From: Penicillus capitatus
Taxonomy: Eukaryota; Plantae; Chlorophyta
DNA length: 64,000 nt
Direction of reading: 5' to 3'
Assembly (NCBI GenBank): GCA_965649825.1
Contig: OZ287702.1
Location: forward strand, 1,168,786 to 1,232,785
Shown in pieces: positions 36,488 to 45,710 of the stretch. Each line of letters opens with the position of its first letter. The stretch's first letter is position 1. A model generated the notes under the pieces. It had not been told where the DNA came from. It did no database searches and saw only the letters and a program-made list of their open reading frames with translations. Position numbers and translations under genes: made by a program.

Positions 36488-37840
36488 ATGAGCTCTTCTC
36501 TGCTATCTCCAAACAACGTTTTGGAGGAAAATGGTGTTTTGACTTCTAAAGAAACAATTCAGAGATTATTACCCCACTTTCGCGATGCTGTTCTCGATAT
36601 ACGCGACTTTAAGTCTCTTCGAGTGGTCGGTGAAGGGGCATTCGCCACAGTTCATAAATGCCAACGCCTCTCGACGCAAGAGGTCGTCGCCGTTAAAGTC
36701 CTGAAGCCGCAGATGCTACGTCACGAACAAGACGTCTACGATTTCTTCTTAGAGGCCCAAGTCCTGAGAAAACTAAAACACGATGCGGTCGTCCGTTTCA
36801 TCGGTATCTGCTACGGACGACTGCAGCAGAAATACGGATACGACTCGCTCTGTGTGGTGACTGAGTTTATGGAGGGAGGCACATTGAAATCATGGATCCA
36901 AGCACAGACGGAGCGTCCGGAGCGTGTCATCTACACGAAGAGAACCGCATTGCAATGGATGATTCAAATCGCAGAAGGACTAGATTATTTACACACAAGG
37001 CGCGTCGCCATTATCCATCGAGATCTGAAGCCGGAGAACATCTTGTTGTGTCCAGCTGAGCCGAATTCGACACGATATGTGGTAAAGATAGCCGATTTCG
37101 GACTGAGTGCCATGATATCGACCTCTTCACAGCAAATGTCGATCGAAACGGATTCCTCGATGGAACTGGACCGTATTGACTCCGAAGCACTGCCGGAGTT
37201 GCTCAAACACGGACAGCAACGAGTGGACCGATCGCTGGATACGTTGAAGAAAGCAATGAAGGGAGTATCGTTGGTCTTTCACATGGACGGAAAGTGGCCA
37301 CAAACAACGTCAGGTTCTCAGCTGGGGACACTTCCACGCTGCATGACTGGAAAGACTGGTTCGTTGCTGTACATGGCACCCGAAGTTCTCAGATCGCAGA
37401 AATATAACGAACGCGTCGATGTCTTCAGTTTTGGCACGATCTTATATGAGACTCTGCAAGGTGTACGTGTTGCGGAGAGGTTTGGAAAGAACTACACAGT
37501 GACAGAGGTTCAGAAATTCGCAGACACTGTTCGAGACGGCTACAGGTTGCCAATTCCCGATGACTGGCCAGAAGAGATCCGGTCACTCATCGAGATGTGT
37601 TGGAAAGGTCTCTACCTAACGGTCTTCACCGCACTTATGTTAAACATGTGTTCTGTAGATGAACCCGAGCAGAGGCCTTCCATGAGGCAGGTAGCCACAA
37701 GGCTCAGACAAATGTACAAATCCGGAGTGTTTGGCAAACAGACAAAGAGAGCAGGGAAGAAGGGTTCATGTTTCTCCTGTTTTCGTCCCAAAATCCCGCA
37801 TCATTCACAATCACCAGCAGCACGATCTCCTCTGTCATGA
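36488..37840 (+). CDS. TKL/Raf-like Ser/Thr protein kinase
   Basis: GEGAFATV, VAVK, HRDLKPEN, DFG, YMAPE, DVFSFG. A probable in-frame 51-bp intron at 37608-37658 restores CWKDEPEQRP. Confidence 0.92.
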   Translation: MSSSLLSPNNVLEENGVLTSKETIQRLLPHFRDAVLDIRDFKSLRVVGEGAFATVHKCQRLSTQEVVAVKVLKPQMLRHEQDVYDFFLEAQVLRKLKHDAVVRFIGICYGRLQQKYGYDSLCVVTEFMEGGTLKSWIQAQTERPERVIYTKRTALQWMIQIAEGLDYLHTRRVAIIHRDLKPENILLCPAEPNSTRYVVKIADFGLSAMISTSSQQMSIETDSSMELDRIDSEALPELLKHGQQRVDRSLDTLKKAMKGVSLVFHMDGKWPQTTSGSQLGTLPRCMTGKTGSLLYMAPEVLRSQKYNERVDVFSFGTILYETLQGVRVAERFGKNYTVTEVQKFADTVRDGYRLPIPDDWPEEIRSLIEMCWKGLYLTVFTALMLNMCSVDEPEQRPSMRQVATRLRQMYKSGVFGKQTKRAGKKGSCFSCFRPKIPHHSQSPAARSPLS

Positions 37841-39932
37841 AAAAGTCTTATTGCGTTAGCTTCGACATTTATTTCTTCCGCCTGAAAGGGAGGCATTCAG
37901 AGTTTTCGATTTCTCTCGATTGTAGATTATTTCCCTTGCAGATGTCATCTGAACTGCTAAAGCATCTTCTAAAAACAATCACAACGCTCATTGAGTATGT
38001 TCATTGCGCACCTCCCACAGTGATTGCTTGTATGTGGAAATTTCTGTGTTCGTCGACATCGCTGTTACAAAGGATTATGAGAAGGGCCGATAAACTCACG
38101 TTGTAGCAGCTAACTTTATTCCATTTCCTTTCTTTAGTGTGTTATATTAAGAATGCGATAATCAAATCGTGGTGCGGCGTTCTCGTCGTTTACGGCAACG
38201 AGAGAAGATTAGGATCTTCTGCTTGCGACCCATTCTATCGCTGAGATCCATACAATGCTGTACCAATCCGTCAGAGCCGAGAACAGGCAGCTTACTTAAC
38301 AATCCTGTTTCGCACTTTATATGCAAAAGTTCGAGCCAGTCATTTCTACTGCTTCTAGGAAGATCAGTTCTCTCTTGATGTCAGGTTGAAGCGTGACCTT
38401 GTTATCTCGTGCTGAAAAAAGGATAGCAATTGCACGTCTGTAGAGGCCAGAGAACAGTGGAAAAGGTGTTTATGCTACTGTCGCCAAGCATAATGTCGAG
38501 GCAGCTTCAAATTCGTTGGATGCGCAGTCGCATATCTGGAAGAAGTAGAAGTTTGTGGAGATAAGCAGAGTGCGCATGCCTCTGTTAGTCCACTCCGTGA
38601 AAAAGCACTTCCGATTACTCAAGTTCGACGAAGAACAAGTCAGTTGAGGTTGATGATGGGGCTTCAATGATAGGATTTATCCAAAAAACACGATTCAGTA
38701 GTACCTGCAACAAATGGTCGTATAAACGTATCCGTCATCAAGACATCAAGATACAAGTTCGTCTTCAGACCATTAGTTAGTTCTCCCTGCTAGAATGAAG
38801 ATCGAACAGTGTTCGAAAGCTGAGTTAAATCGAGACATCGATGCACTGAAGTTTCGGGCGGTCGGCGGAATGTTGTTAGGTGAGTGTTAAGATGGATCGA
38901 TGTCACCTCGCTTACAGTGAAGGATAACACTGCCACTGAGTACGAACGAATGAATAAACGGTTCCTTTTTTCTGGCGCGTCTTTCGCGACTGAGTGAGGT
39001 TTCACTAAAAGAACGCATAGTGCACTGATGCTTTTATCGCATACGTTCCACTCTATAGGTGCAAAGACGAAATAGAACGATGTGCGTTTCCCCGTAAAAA
39101 CGTGAAGTTCTCAAAACTGTCAAGATCATGGGTACGAATCGAGTGTGGGTCGGTATTCAATAAGCATGACATCCTTCGGAACCCTACATCGAACGCGGAC
39201 GCGGAGAAATCGACTGCCTCTGAGTGTCACTGACGGCAGCGTTGCAACTCCACACCCAGTCATTTGCCAATGAGGATTCATGCGATCGGCCTCAAGATTC
39301 ACACGTGGTGCGCTTGCATAGCGAGGCCGATGAAGTCATCCACAGAAAAGAAACACCTTCGCCGAGAAAGAGCTCGCCCTCATCGAGAAGAAATCAGCAA
39401 GTAGGCGAATAACCGCCACCTTCTCTTCTATTTTCACTTGTAGCAAAAATGAGCTCCAAAGACGACATCCCTAAGTTACACAGCTACACAAAGAAACAAA
39501 CAGATGCAAGCATGCATGGATCGACAAAGGACCGGGACTCAGAAATATGTGGCAAACACGACAAGCTTTGCAGCGCTGAGGTGTAATAAAAGCAATCTAC
39601 TTAGCGAGCAAACGAAGATATAATGTGATACCTAAAGAAAATCTCCATTTGATAGGAAGGATTCATCATTTCCGACGGCCAACAAGATTAGGCAAGCAAC
39701 GGTCCAGCGCAAAAGTTATATCACGCATCAAAATTTACGCAAAGACGAAATCATTAAAGAATTCGGAAGGTAACTTTTACTCCAAGATGACCTTCACATT
39801 GAAAACAGTGTTTGACCCATGTTGTCTCCCTAGGGAAACATCATACGTTTACAATAATAACTTTAACAACGCTTGCGATACAAGTTTAAAGAGAAAGACA
39901 AAGACAAACAAACAAAAAAATCATCTTGAACT

Positions 39933-42900
39933 TTAATGATCGCCGACATGTTCGAGCATTTTCCGAGCCCTTTCCCAATAAGGCAGTGCGTCGTTGTCCC
40001 TTCCCACTCGTTCGAGTCCGATGGCATAGCTTTTGATGCAAGCAACGACGTCCGGATGATCCGCGTCGCCGTAACAGCGCTCGCACATCTCCAGGGCCTT
40101 CTTGTAGAGCGGCAGTGCGTCGTTGTCCCTACCAACTCGCGAGAGTACGATGGCATAGCTTTTGATGCAAGTAACGACGTAAGGATGATCCGCCTCGCCG
40201 TGAAGGCGCTCGCACATCTCCAGGGCCTTCTTTTTGAGCGGCAATGCGTCGTTGTCCCTTCCCGTTTCTTCGAGTCCGATGGCATAGCTTCTGATGCACT
40301 CGACGACGTCCGGATGATCCGCCTCGCCGTGAAGGCGCTCGCACATCTCCAAGGCCTTCTTTTTGAGCGGCAGCGCATCGTTCTCCCTTCCCGTTTTTCC
40401 GAGTCTGATGGCATAGGTTCTGATGCTCTCGACGACGTCCGGATGATCCGCGTCGCCGTGAAGGCGCTCGCACATCTCCAGGGCCTTCTTGTCGAGCGGC
40501 AGTGCGTCGTTGTCCCTTCCCGTTTCTCCGAGTCTGAAGGTATAGCTTTTGATGCAAGCAACGACGTCCGGATGATCCGCGTCGCCGTGAAGGCGCTCGC
40601 ACATCTCCAGGGCCTTCTTGTAGAGCGGCAGTGCGTCGTTGTCCCTTCCAACTCCCGAGAGTCCGATGGCATAGCTTTTGATGCTCTCGACGACGTCCGG
40701 ATGATCCGCGTCGCCGTGAAGTCGCTCGCACATCTCCAGGGCCTTCTTTTTGAGCGGCAGCGCATCGTTGTATCTTCCCGTTTCTTCGAGTCCGATGGCA
40801 TAGATTCTTATGCTCTCGACGACGTCCGGATGATCCGCGTCGCCGTGAAGGCGCTCGCACATCTCCAGGGCCTTCTTTTTGAGCGGCAGCGCATCGTTGT
40901 TCCTTCCCGTGTTTCCGAGTCCGATGGCATAGATTCTGACGCACTCGACGACGTTCGGATGATCCGCCTTGCCGTGAAGGCGCTCGCACATCTCCAGGGC
41001 CTTCTTATAGAACGGCAGCGCATCGTTCTCCCTTCCAACTCGTGAGAGTCCCAAGGCATAGCTTTTGATGCAAGCAACGACGTCCGGATGATCCGCCTCG
41101 CCGTGAAGGCGCTCGCACATCTCCAGGGCCTTCTTATAGAGCGGCAGCGCATCGTTGTTCCTTCCAACTCGCGTGAGTCCGATGGCATAGCTTTTGATGC
41201 AAGTAACGACGTAAGGATGATCCGCCTCGCCGTGAAGGCGCTCGCACATCTCCAGGGCCTTCTTTTTGAGCGGCAATGCGTCGTTGTCCCTTCCCGTTTC
41301 TTCGAGTCCGATGGCATAGCTTCTGATGCACTCGACGACGTCCGGATGATCCGCCTCGCCGTGAAGGCGCTCGCACATCTCCAAGGCCTTCTTTTTGAGC
41401 GGCAGCGCATCGTTCTCCCTTCCCGTTTTTCCGAGTCTGATGGCATAGGTTCTGATGCTCTCGACGACGTCCGGATGATCCGCGTCGCCGTGAAGGCGCT
41501 CGCACATCTCCAGGGCCTTCTTGTCGAGCGGCAGTGCGTCGTTGTCCCTTCCCGTTTCTCCGAGTCTGAAAGTATAGCTTTTGATGCAAGCAACGACGTC
41601 CGGATGATCCGCGTCGCCGTGAAGGCGCTCGCACATCTCCAGGGCCTTCTTGTAGAGCGACAGTGCGTCGTTGTCCCTTCCAACTCCCGAGAGTCCGATG
41701 GCATAGCTTTTGATGCTCTCGACGACGTCCGGATGATCCGCGTCGCCGTGAAGTCGCTCGCACATCTCCAGGGCCTTCTTTTTGAGCGGCAGCGCATCGT
41801 TGTATCTTCCCGTTTCTTCGAGTCCGATGGCATAGATTCTTATGCTCTCGACGACGTCCGGATGATCCGCGTCGCCGTGAAGGCGCTCGCACATCTCCAG
41901 GGCCTTCTTTTTGAGCGGCAGCGCATCGTTGTTCCTTCCCGTGTTTCCGAGTCCGATGGCATAGATTCTGACGCACTCGACGACGTTCGGATGATCCGCC
42001 TTGCCGTGAAGGCGCTCGCACATCTCCAGGGCCTTCTTATAGAACGGCAGCGCATCGTTCTCCCTTCCAACTCGTGAGAGTCCCAAGGCATAGCTTTTGA
42101 TGCAAGCAACGACGTCCGGATGATCCGCCTCGCCGTGAAGGCGCTCGCACATCTCCAGGGCCTTCTTATAGAGCGGCAGCGCATCGTTGTTCCTTCCAAC
42201 TCGCGTGAGTCCGATGGCATAGCTTTTGATGCAAGTAACGACGTAAGGATGATCCGCCTCGCCGTGAAGGCGCTCGCACATCTCCAGGGCCTTCTTTTTG
42301 AGCGGTAATGCGTCGTTGTCCCTTCCCGTTTCTTCGAGTCCGATGGCATAGATTCTGATGCACTCGACGACGTCCGGATGATCCGCCTTGCCGTGAAGGC
42401 GCTCGCACATCTCCAGGGCCTTCTTATCGAACGGCAATGAGTCGTTGTGCCTTCCAACTCGTGAGAGTCCGATGGCATAGCTTTTGATGCATTCGACGAC
42501 GTCCGGGTGATCCGCCTCGCCGTGAAGGCGCTCACATATCTCGAAGGCCCTTTTCGCGTATAGTAGCGATTTTTGGAACATGCATATTTCACCGTAGGCT
42601 TGTGATATATGTCGGAGTAGCTTTAATTCCACGTCAATGTCCTTGCAGTGCCTGCAGTGATCCAGAAGCAACGACCCGTTGCGTGCGAGCGAAGTCCACC
42701 GTTCTCGGTTTGAACGATCCGTTTTCCACTTGCTGATATATGGGTCGATTGAATCCACCAGTATGTTAATGGTATCTCCGATTGTAACTGTGTCTTTTTT
42801 TTCGACCTTTTGGTATTGGCCGAAAATACTGCTGTCGTTGTTTAGGAGGAGGTGTCTGACTAGAAGTTGCGTTTCTGCGTGCATGTAGATCTCGTTCTTC

Positions 42901-45710
42901 TCTCTATCCCAGGAGACGTGGGAGAAACGCTCTAAGAGCCTCACGGATCTTCGCGTCGTCGTTTTGGACTGCGGACCGTCGGATTTGTACCACGTGTACA
43001 CCCACTCGATGGACACTCCGTTTGGGTCGAGAAGGGCTAACTTGGTGAGAAGGTCGAGTGAACGCGATCCCAGATTGCCGGGTTCATCTGAAATCTTCTG
43101 TATGCTCGAATTGAACATGAAAATTATTCCACTCGTTCCTCCACTGTCTTGTTTTGCTGAAAGCTTTTCCATGACCTCGACTTCCCTGTTCGTTGCGTCA
43201 TAGTGTCGCACTTCAGTCAGCCATTCGGCGGGGGTGCATAGCTCATCGTTCTCCATCACCGAGAAGAATTGCGTGAGGGCTAGCGGGTATCCTGGTAACT
43301 CATCAAGCAGTTCCTCCAGATCCTTCGCATGTGATCGATCGTCGAATCCAAACTTCTCTGCCAGATCTCGTGCCTCGAATTTATCGAAGGGATTGAGTCG
43401 GACCGTGTCGCGTGACCAGTCTCTTGCTCCACTGTCTTTCGTTGTAATGATAACATGTCCATTTGCCAGCGGAAGGTATTCATGAATCGATTCGAGATCG
43501 GTCACGTCATCAAAGACGAAAAGACTGCGCGATTTTCTGAGCACTTCGAGAACATGTCTGATCAGCTTTGGGATGTCGGGGTTCGTTGGGAGTTCCAAAT
43601 ATTCTGCAATTTGTAAGAAAGCAGCAGAGAGACCTTCTGCGGAGTCGGAAGAGATCCAGAAATCGTTGACGTAGTTGCTCGTGTTCTTGAGACTTTCAAA
43701 AACCTTTGCCGCGAGTTGGGACTTTCCTATTCCCCCCGGCCCGACGACTGCCTTGACGATAGTTTGCTCTGTGCTTGATTCGAACGCTTCGATGAGGTCA
43801 GTGTATTCGCGCTCTCTCCCGGCGAAATGGCGAACCACGAGAGGCGAGAATAAACAATGGTGTTTCTTCGGCGGAGAACGGACTTCGGTTGATGTTTGCA
43901 ACAATTCGCCTTCCAGACTCTTCCATACTTGAGTAAACAGCTTGTTGTCGATTGTCTTTGTCCGGACGGACGAGATGGACTTGATCCGTTCCTTGACTGT
44001 CTTCCCTTCCAGCCACTCCGACAACACTCCCTTGCACAATCTGTTGTGCGTGTTTGATGCTAGTCTCTCTATGGCTTTTTGCGCTTTGTGCTGCTCTGGC
44101 TCTCGACCTTGAAAGCTCAGCTCTGCCAGATTGTCGAGTATCTCCAAGAAGAGATCGGGGTCGCTCGACCAGTCCCATTTGTCTCTCGGTTCGACGAGGC
44201 CTGCCAGAGTTTCGGCGCTCGTACAGCGAACAGCGTCGTCCTTCCCGTGGATGGCGAGCCTGCTCAACATCTCCACGACGCCGAACCTCAGAACCTTGCA
44301 TTTTTCTTGGTTTGATCCCCTTTCGTCGAGCACGAGGGATGAGATGAGATCCTTGAATTGTCCAAATACGGACGGATCTTCAATGGCCGCGAAGCGTAAA
44401 GTGTCGAGGGCCTGAAGGCACTTATACCATTGCCCTTCGCGTACGATTCGGTTTTCTCTCGCTCGGGTTAATGCTCTCGCCGTGGACTCCGCGTTGCCCA
44501 GATCGAAGTCCAGAAGGACGGCCTTCCGCACTGCTTGACATATTCCCACCGTTCCGACCGCGAGGTCGGCAATACGTCTTGCGTTGTTCGCAACGCGGAC
44601 GCTTCTACTAGACGACTGCAAAAAGGTTAAGCTCTGCTGCACTAGCATCGCCTGGTACTTTGCCGGAAAGTAAGCGGTTGCATCGATCACTCTCTGACTC
44701 CAGTTCTTGAACTTGGCGTACAGGCCTTCGGGTCTGTTAGGATCCCAGCTGCCCACGCCGACGTCAGAGAGGATCCTCAGACACTGATGCACGATGTGCA
44801 AAGAGCTGCATTGTACTGGAAACATCTCTTTCGTGAAGCTCGTTCTCTGCGGATCGAACACATCCAACAGAAACTGGGCGAGCTGGAGAAGGCAGTTCGG
44901 ATCGTCTGCGAAAACCTCGGCGTCGACACACTGAAGCGTATGCTCCACTGCCTCCATCAGATATCTGCTGTGGAGAGTGTCGTTGCACAGTTTGTCGCGA
45001 AGGCTGTCGAAGAAGTCCTTGAGAAGAAGAAGATGCTCGTCGCCCGAGCCGTCGAGTCTGCACATGGCGAGGTACTCTTCGACCACCGCCCCACGATTGT
45101 CCGTCACTTCTCGGACATACATGCCGTGGAAGATGGTGATGACTTTCCGCATCACCTTGGTCAGACCATCCTTCTCTTGCACATCGTCCGCTTCGTTGTA
45201 CGCCTTCACGATTTCTTCCAGACTCCAGTATCGTCTTCCGACAAGGATCCTCCGGATGATCGAGCTGTCTGTGCGTGTCAAAGTCCCTCCCGTTAGCGAT
45301 CGAGGAATACTGCCTCTGATAGCAGCTTGATGTCTATGAGTATCCCTACTGGATGAGGCTTTATTCCCGCCGCCCCGAAGGCCCAGTCCTCCCACAAAGA
45401 TGAATCTCTCGACGCCGCGAGCTCGATCAGACAGTATGTGAACGCGGCGACGCAGAACACTTTGTGGCAGGTGCATTAGGCTTTTCGTTGCTTCTCCTGG
45501 GTCGCGAAGACCCTCACAGTAGAGTGGAATGGTCACAGTTTTCGAGAACGGTCCTGTTCGCTCCACAATCTTCCCTGCAAACCTCCCTTCTGCTTGAAAG
45601 ATCTGCACGAGGCCTTGTCCCTTTATGTCGACCTCGCAGATCTTCTTGGAGTTTACCTGAGAAGAGAGCTGAAAGCCAAAACAGGCGAAAAGCAGAATAC
45701 CTTTTTGCAT
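39933..45710 (-). CDS. Intronless STAND protein: pro-domain + helical domain + NB-ARC + ~20 TPR repeats (NLR-like)
   Basis: Walker A GPGGIGKS, Walker B LFVFDDV, HVIITTK and GYPLAL, followed by 43-aa TPR units. The first ATG (MQKGILLFACFGF) is at 45710; the track start at 45785 is a TTG. Confidence 0.92.
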   Translation of the reverse strand: MQKGILLFACFGFQLSSQVNSKKICEVDIKGQGLVQIFQAEGRFAGKIVERTGPFSKTVTIPLYCEGLRDPGEATKSLMHLPQSVLRRRVHILSDRARGVERFIFVGGLGLRGGGNKASSSRDTHRHQAAIRGSIPRSLTGGTLTRTDSSIIRRILVGRRYWSLEEIVKAYNEADDVQEKDGLTKVMRKVITIFHGMYVREVTDNRGAVVEEYLAMCRLDGSGDEHLLLLKDFFDSLRDKLCNDTLHSRYLMEAVEHTLQCVDAEVFADDPNCLLQLAQFLLDVFDPQRTSFTKEMFPVQCSSLHIVHQCLRILSDVGVGSWDPNRPEGLYAKFKNWSQRVIDATAYFPAKYQAMLVQQSLTFLQSSSRSVRVANNARRIADLAVGTVGICQAVRKAVLLDFDLGNAESTARALTRARENRIVREGQWYKCLQALDTLRFAAIEDPSVFGQFKDLISSLVLDERGSNQEKCKVLRFGVVEMLSRLAIHGKDDAVRCTSAETLAGLVEPRDKWDWSSDPDLFLEILDNLAELSFQGREPEQHKAQKAIERLASNTHNRLCKGVLSEWLEGKTVKERIKSISSVRTKTIDNKLFTQVWKSLEGELLQTSTEVRSPPKKHHCLFSPLVVRHFAGREREYTDLIEAFESSTEQTIVKAVVGPGGIGKSQLAAKVFESLKNTSNYVNDFWISSDSAEGLSAAFLQIAEYLELPTNPDIPKLIRHVLEVLRKSRSLFVFDDVTDLESIHEYLPLANGHVIITTKDSGARDWSRDTVRLNPFDKFEARDLAEKFGFDDRSHAKDLEELLDELPGYPLALTQFFSVMENDELCTPAEWLTEVRHYDATNREVEVMEKLSAKQDSGGTSGIIFMFNSSIQKISDEPGNLGSRSLDLLTKLALLDPNGVSIEWVYTWYKSDGPQSKTTTRRSVRLLERFSHVSWDREKNEIYMHAETQLLVRHLLLNNDSSIFGQYQKVEKKDTVTIGDTINILVDSIDPYISKWKTDRSNRERWTSLARNGSLLLDHCRHCKDIDVELKLLRHISQAYGEICMFQKSLLYAKRAFEICERLHGEADHPDVVECIKSYAIGLSRVGRHNDSLPFDKKALEMCERLHGKADHPDVVECIRIYAIGLEETGRDNDALPLKKKALEMCERLHGEADHPYVVTCIKSYAIGLTRVGRNNDALPLYKKALEMCERLHGEADHPDVVACIKSYALGLSRVGRENDALPFYKKALEMCERLHGKADHPNVVECVRIYAIGLGNTGRNNDALPLKKKALEMCERLHGDADHPDVVESIRIYAIGLEETGRYNDALPLKKKALEMCERLHGDADHPDVVESIKSYAIGLSGVGRDNDALSLYKKALEMCERLHGDADHPDVVACIKSYTFRLGETGRDNDALPLDKKALEMCERLHGDADHPDVVESIRTYAIRLGKTGRENDALPLKKKALEMCERLHGEADHPDVVECIRSYAIGLEETGRDNDALPLKKKALEMCERLHGEADHPYVVTCIKSYAIGLTRVGRNNDALPLYKKALEMCERLHGEADHPDVVACIKSYALGLSRVGRENDALPFYKKALEMCERLHGKADHPNVVECVRIYAIGLGNTGRNNDALPLKKKALEMCERLHGDADHPDVVESIRIYAIGLEETGRYNDALPLKKKALEMCERLHGDADHPDVVESIKSYAIGLSGVGRDNDALPLYKKALEMCERLHGDADHPDVVACIKSYTFRLGETGRDNDALPLDKKALEMCERLHGDADHPDVVESIRTYAIRLGKTGRENDALPLKKKALEMCERLHGEADHPDVVECIRSYAIGLEETGRDNDALPLKKKALEMCERLHGEADHPYVVTCIKSYAIVLSRVGRDNDALPLYKKALEMCERCYGDADHPDVVACIKSYAIGLERVGRDNDALPYWERARKMLEHVGDH
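39935..42572 (-). repeat. Coding tandem array of 129-bp (43-aa) TPR units, ~20.5 copies, containing a 1032-bp higher-order duplication
   Basis: Unit n starts at 42572-129n. Consensus DALPLxKKALEMCERLHGxADHPxVVxxIxxYxxxLxxxGRxN. Units 2-9 recur as units 10-17. Confidence 0.97.

Noticed and set aside
39935-42572. CRISPR-like array
   Set aside because: Units are contiguous 129-bp coding repeats with no repeat-spacer alternation and no cas genes; the context is eukaryotic.
39863-42592. Long repetitive ORFs in other frames and on the + strand over the TPR array (e.g. 39936-41045, 41088-42077, 40129-40989)
   Set aside because: Shadows of the 129-bp repeat: a frame lacking a stop in one unit lacks it in nearly all. 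They break at the same unit variant and have no independent domain signal.
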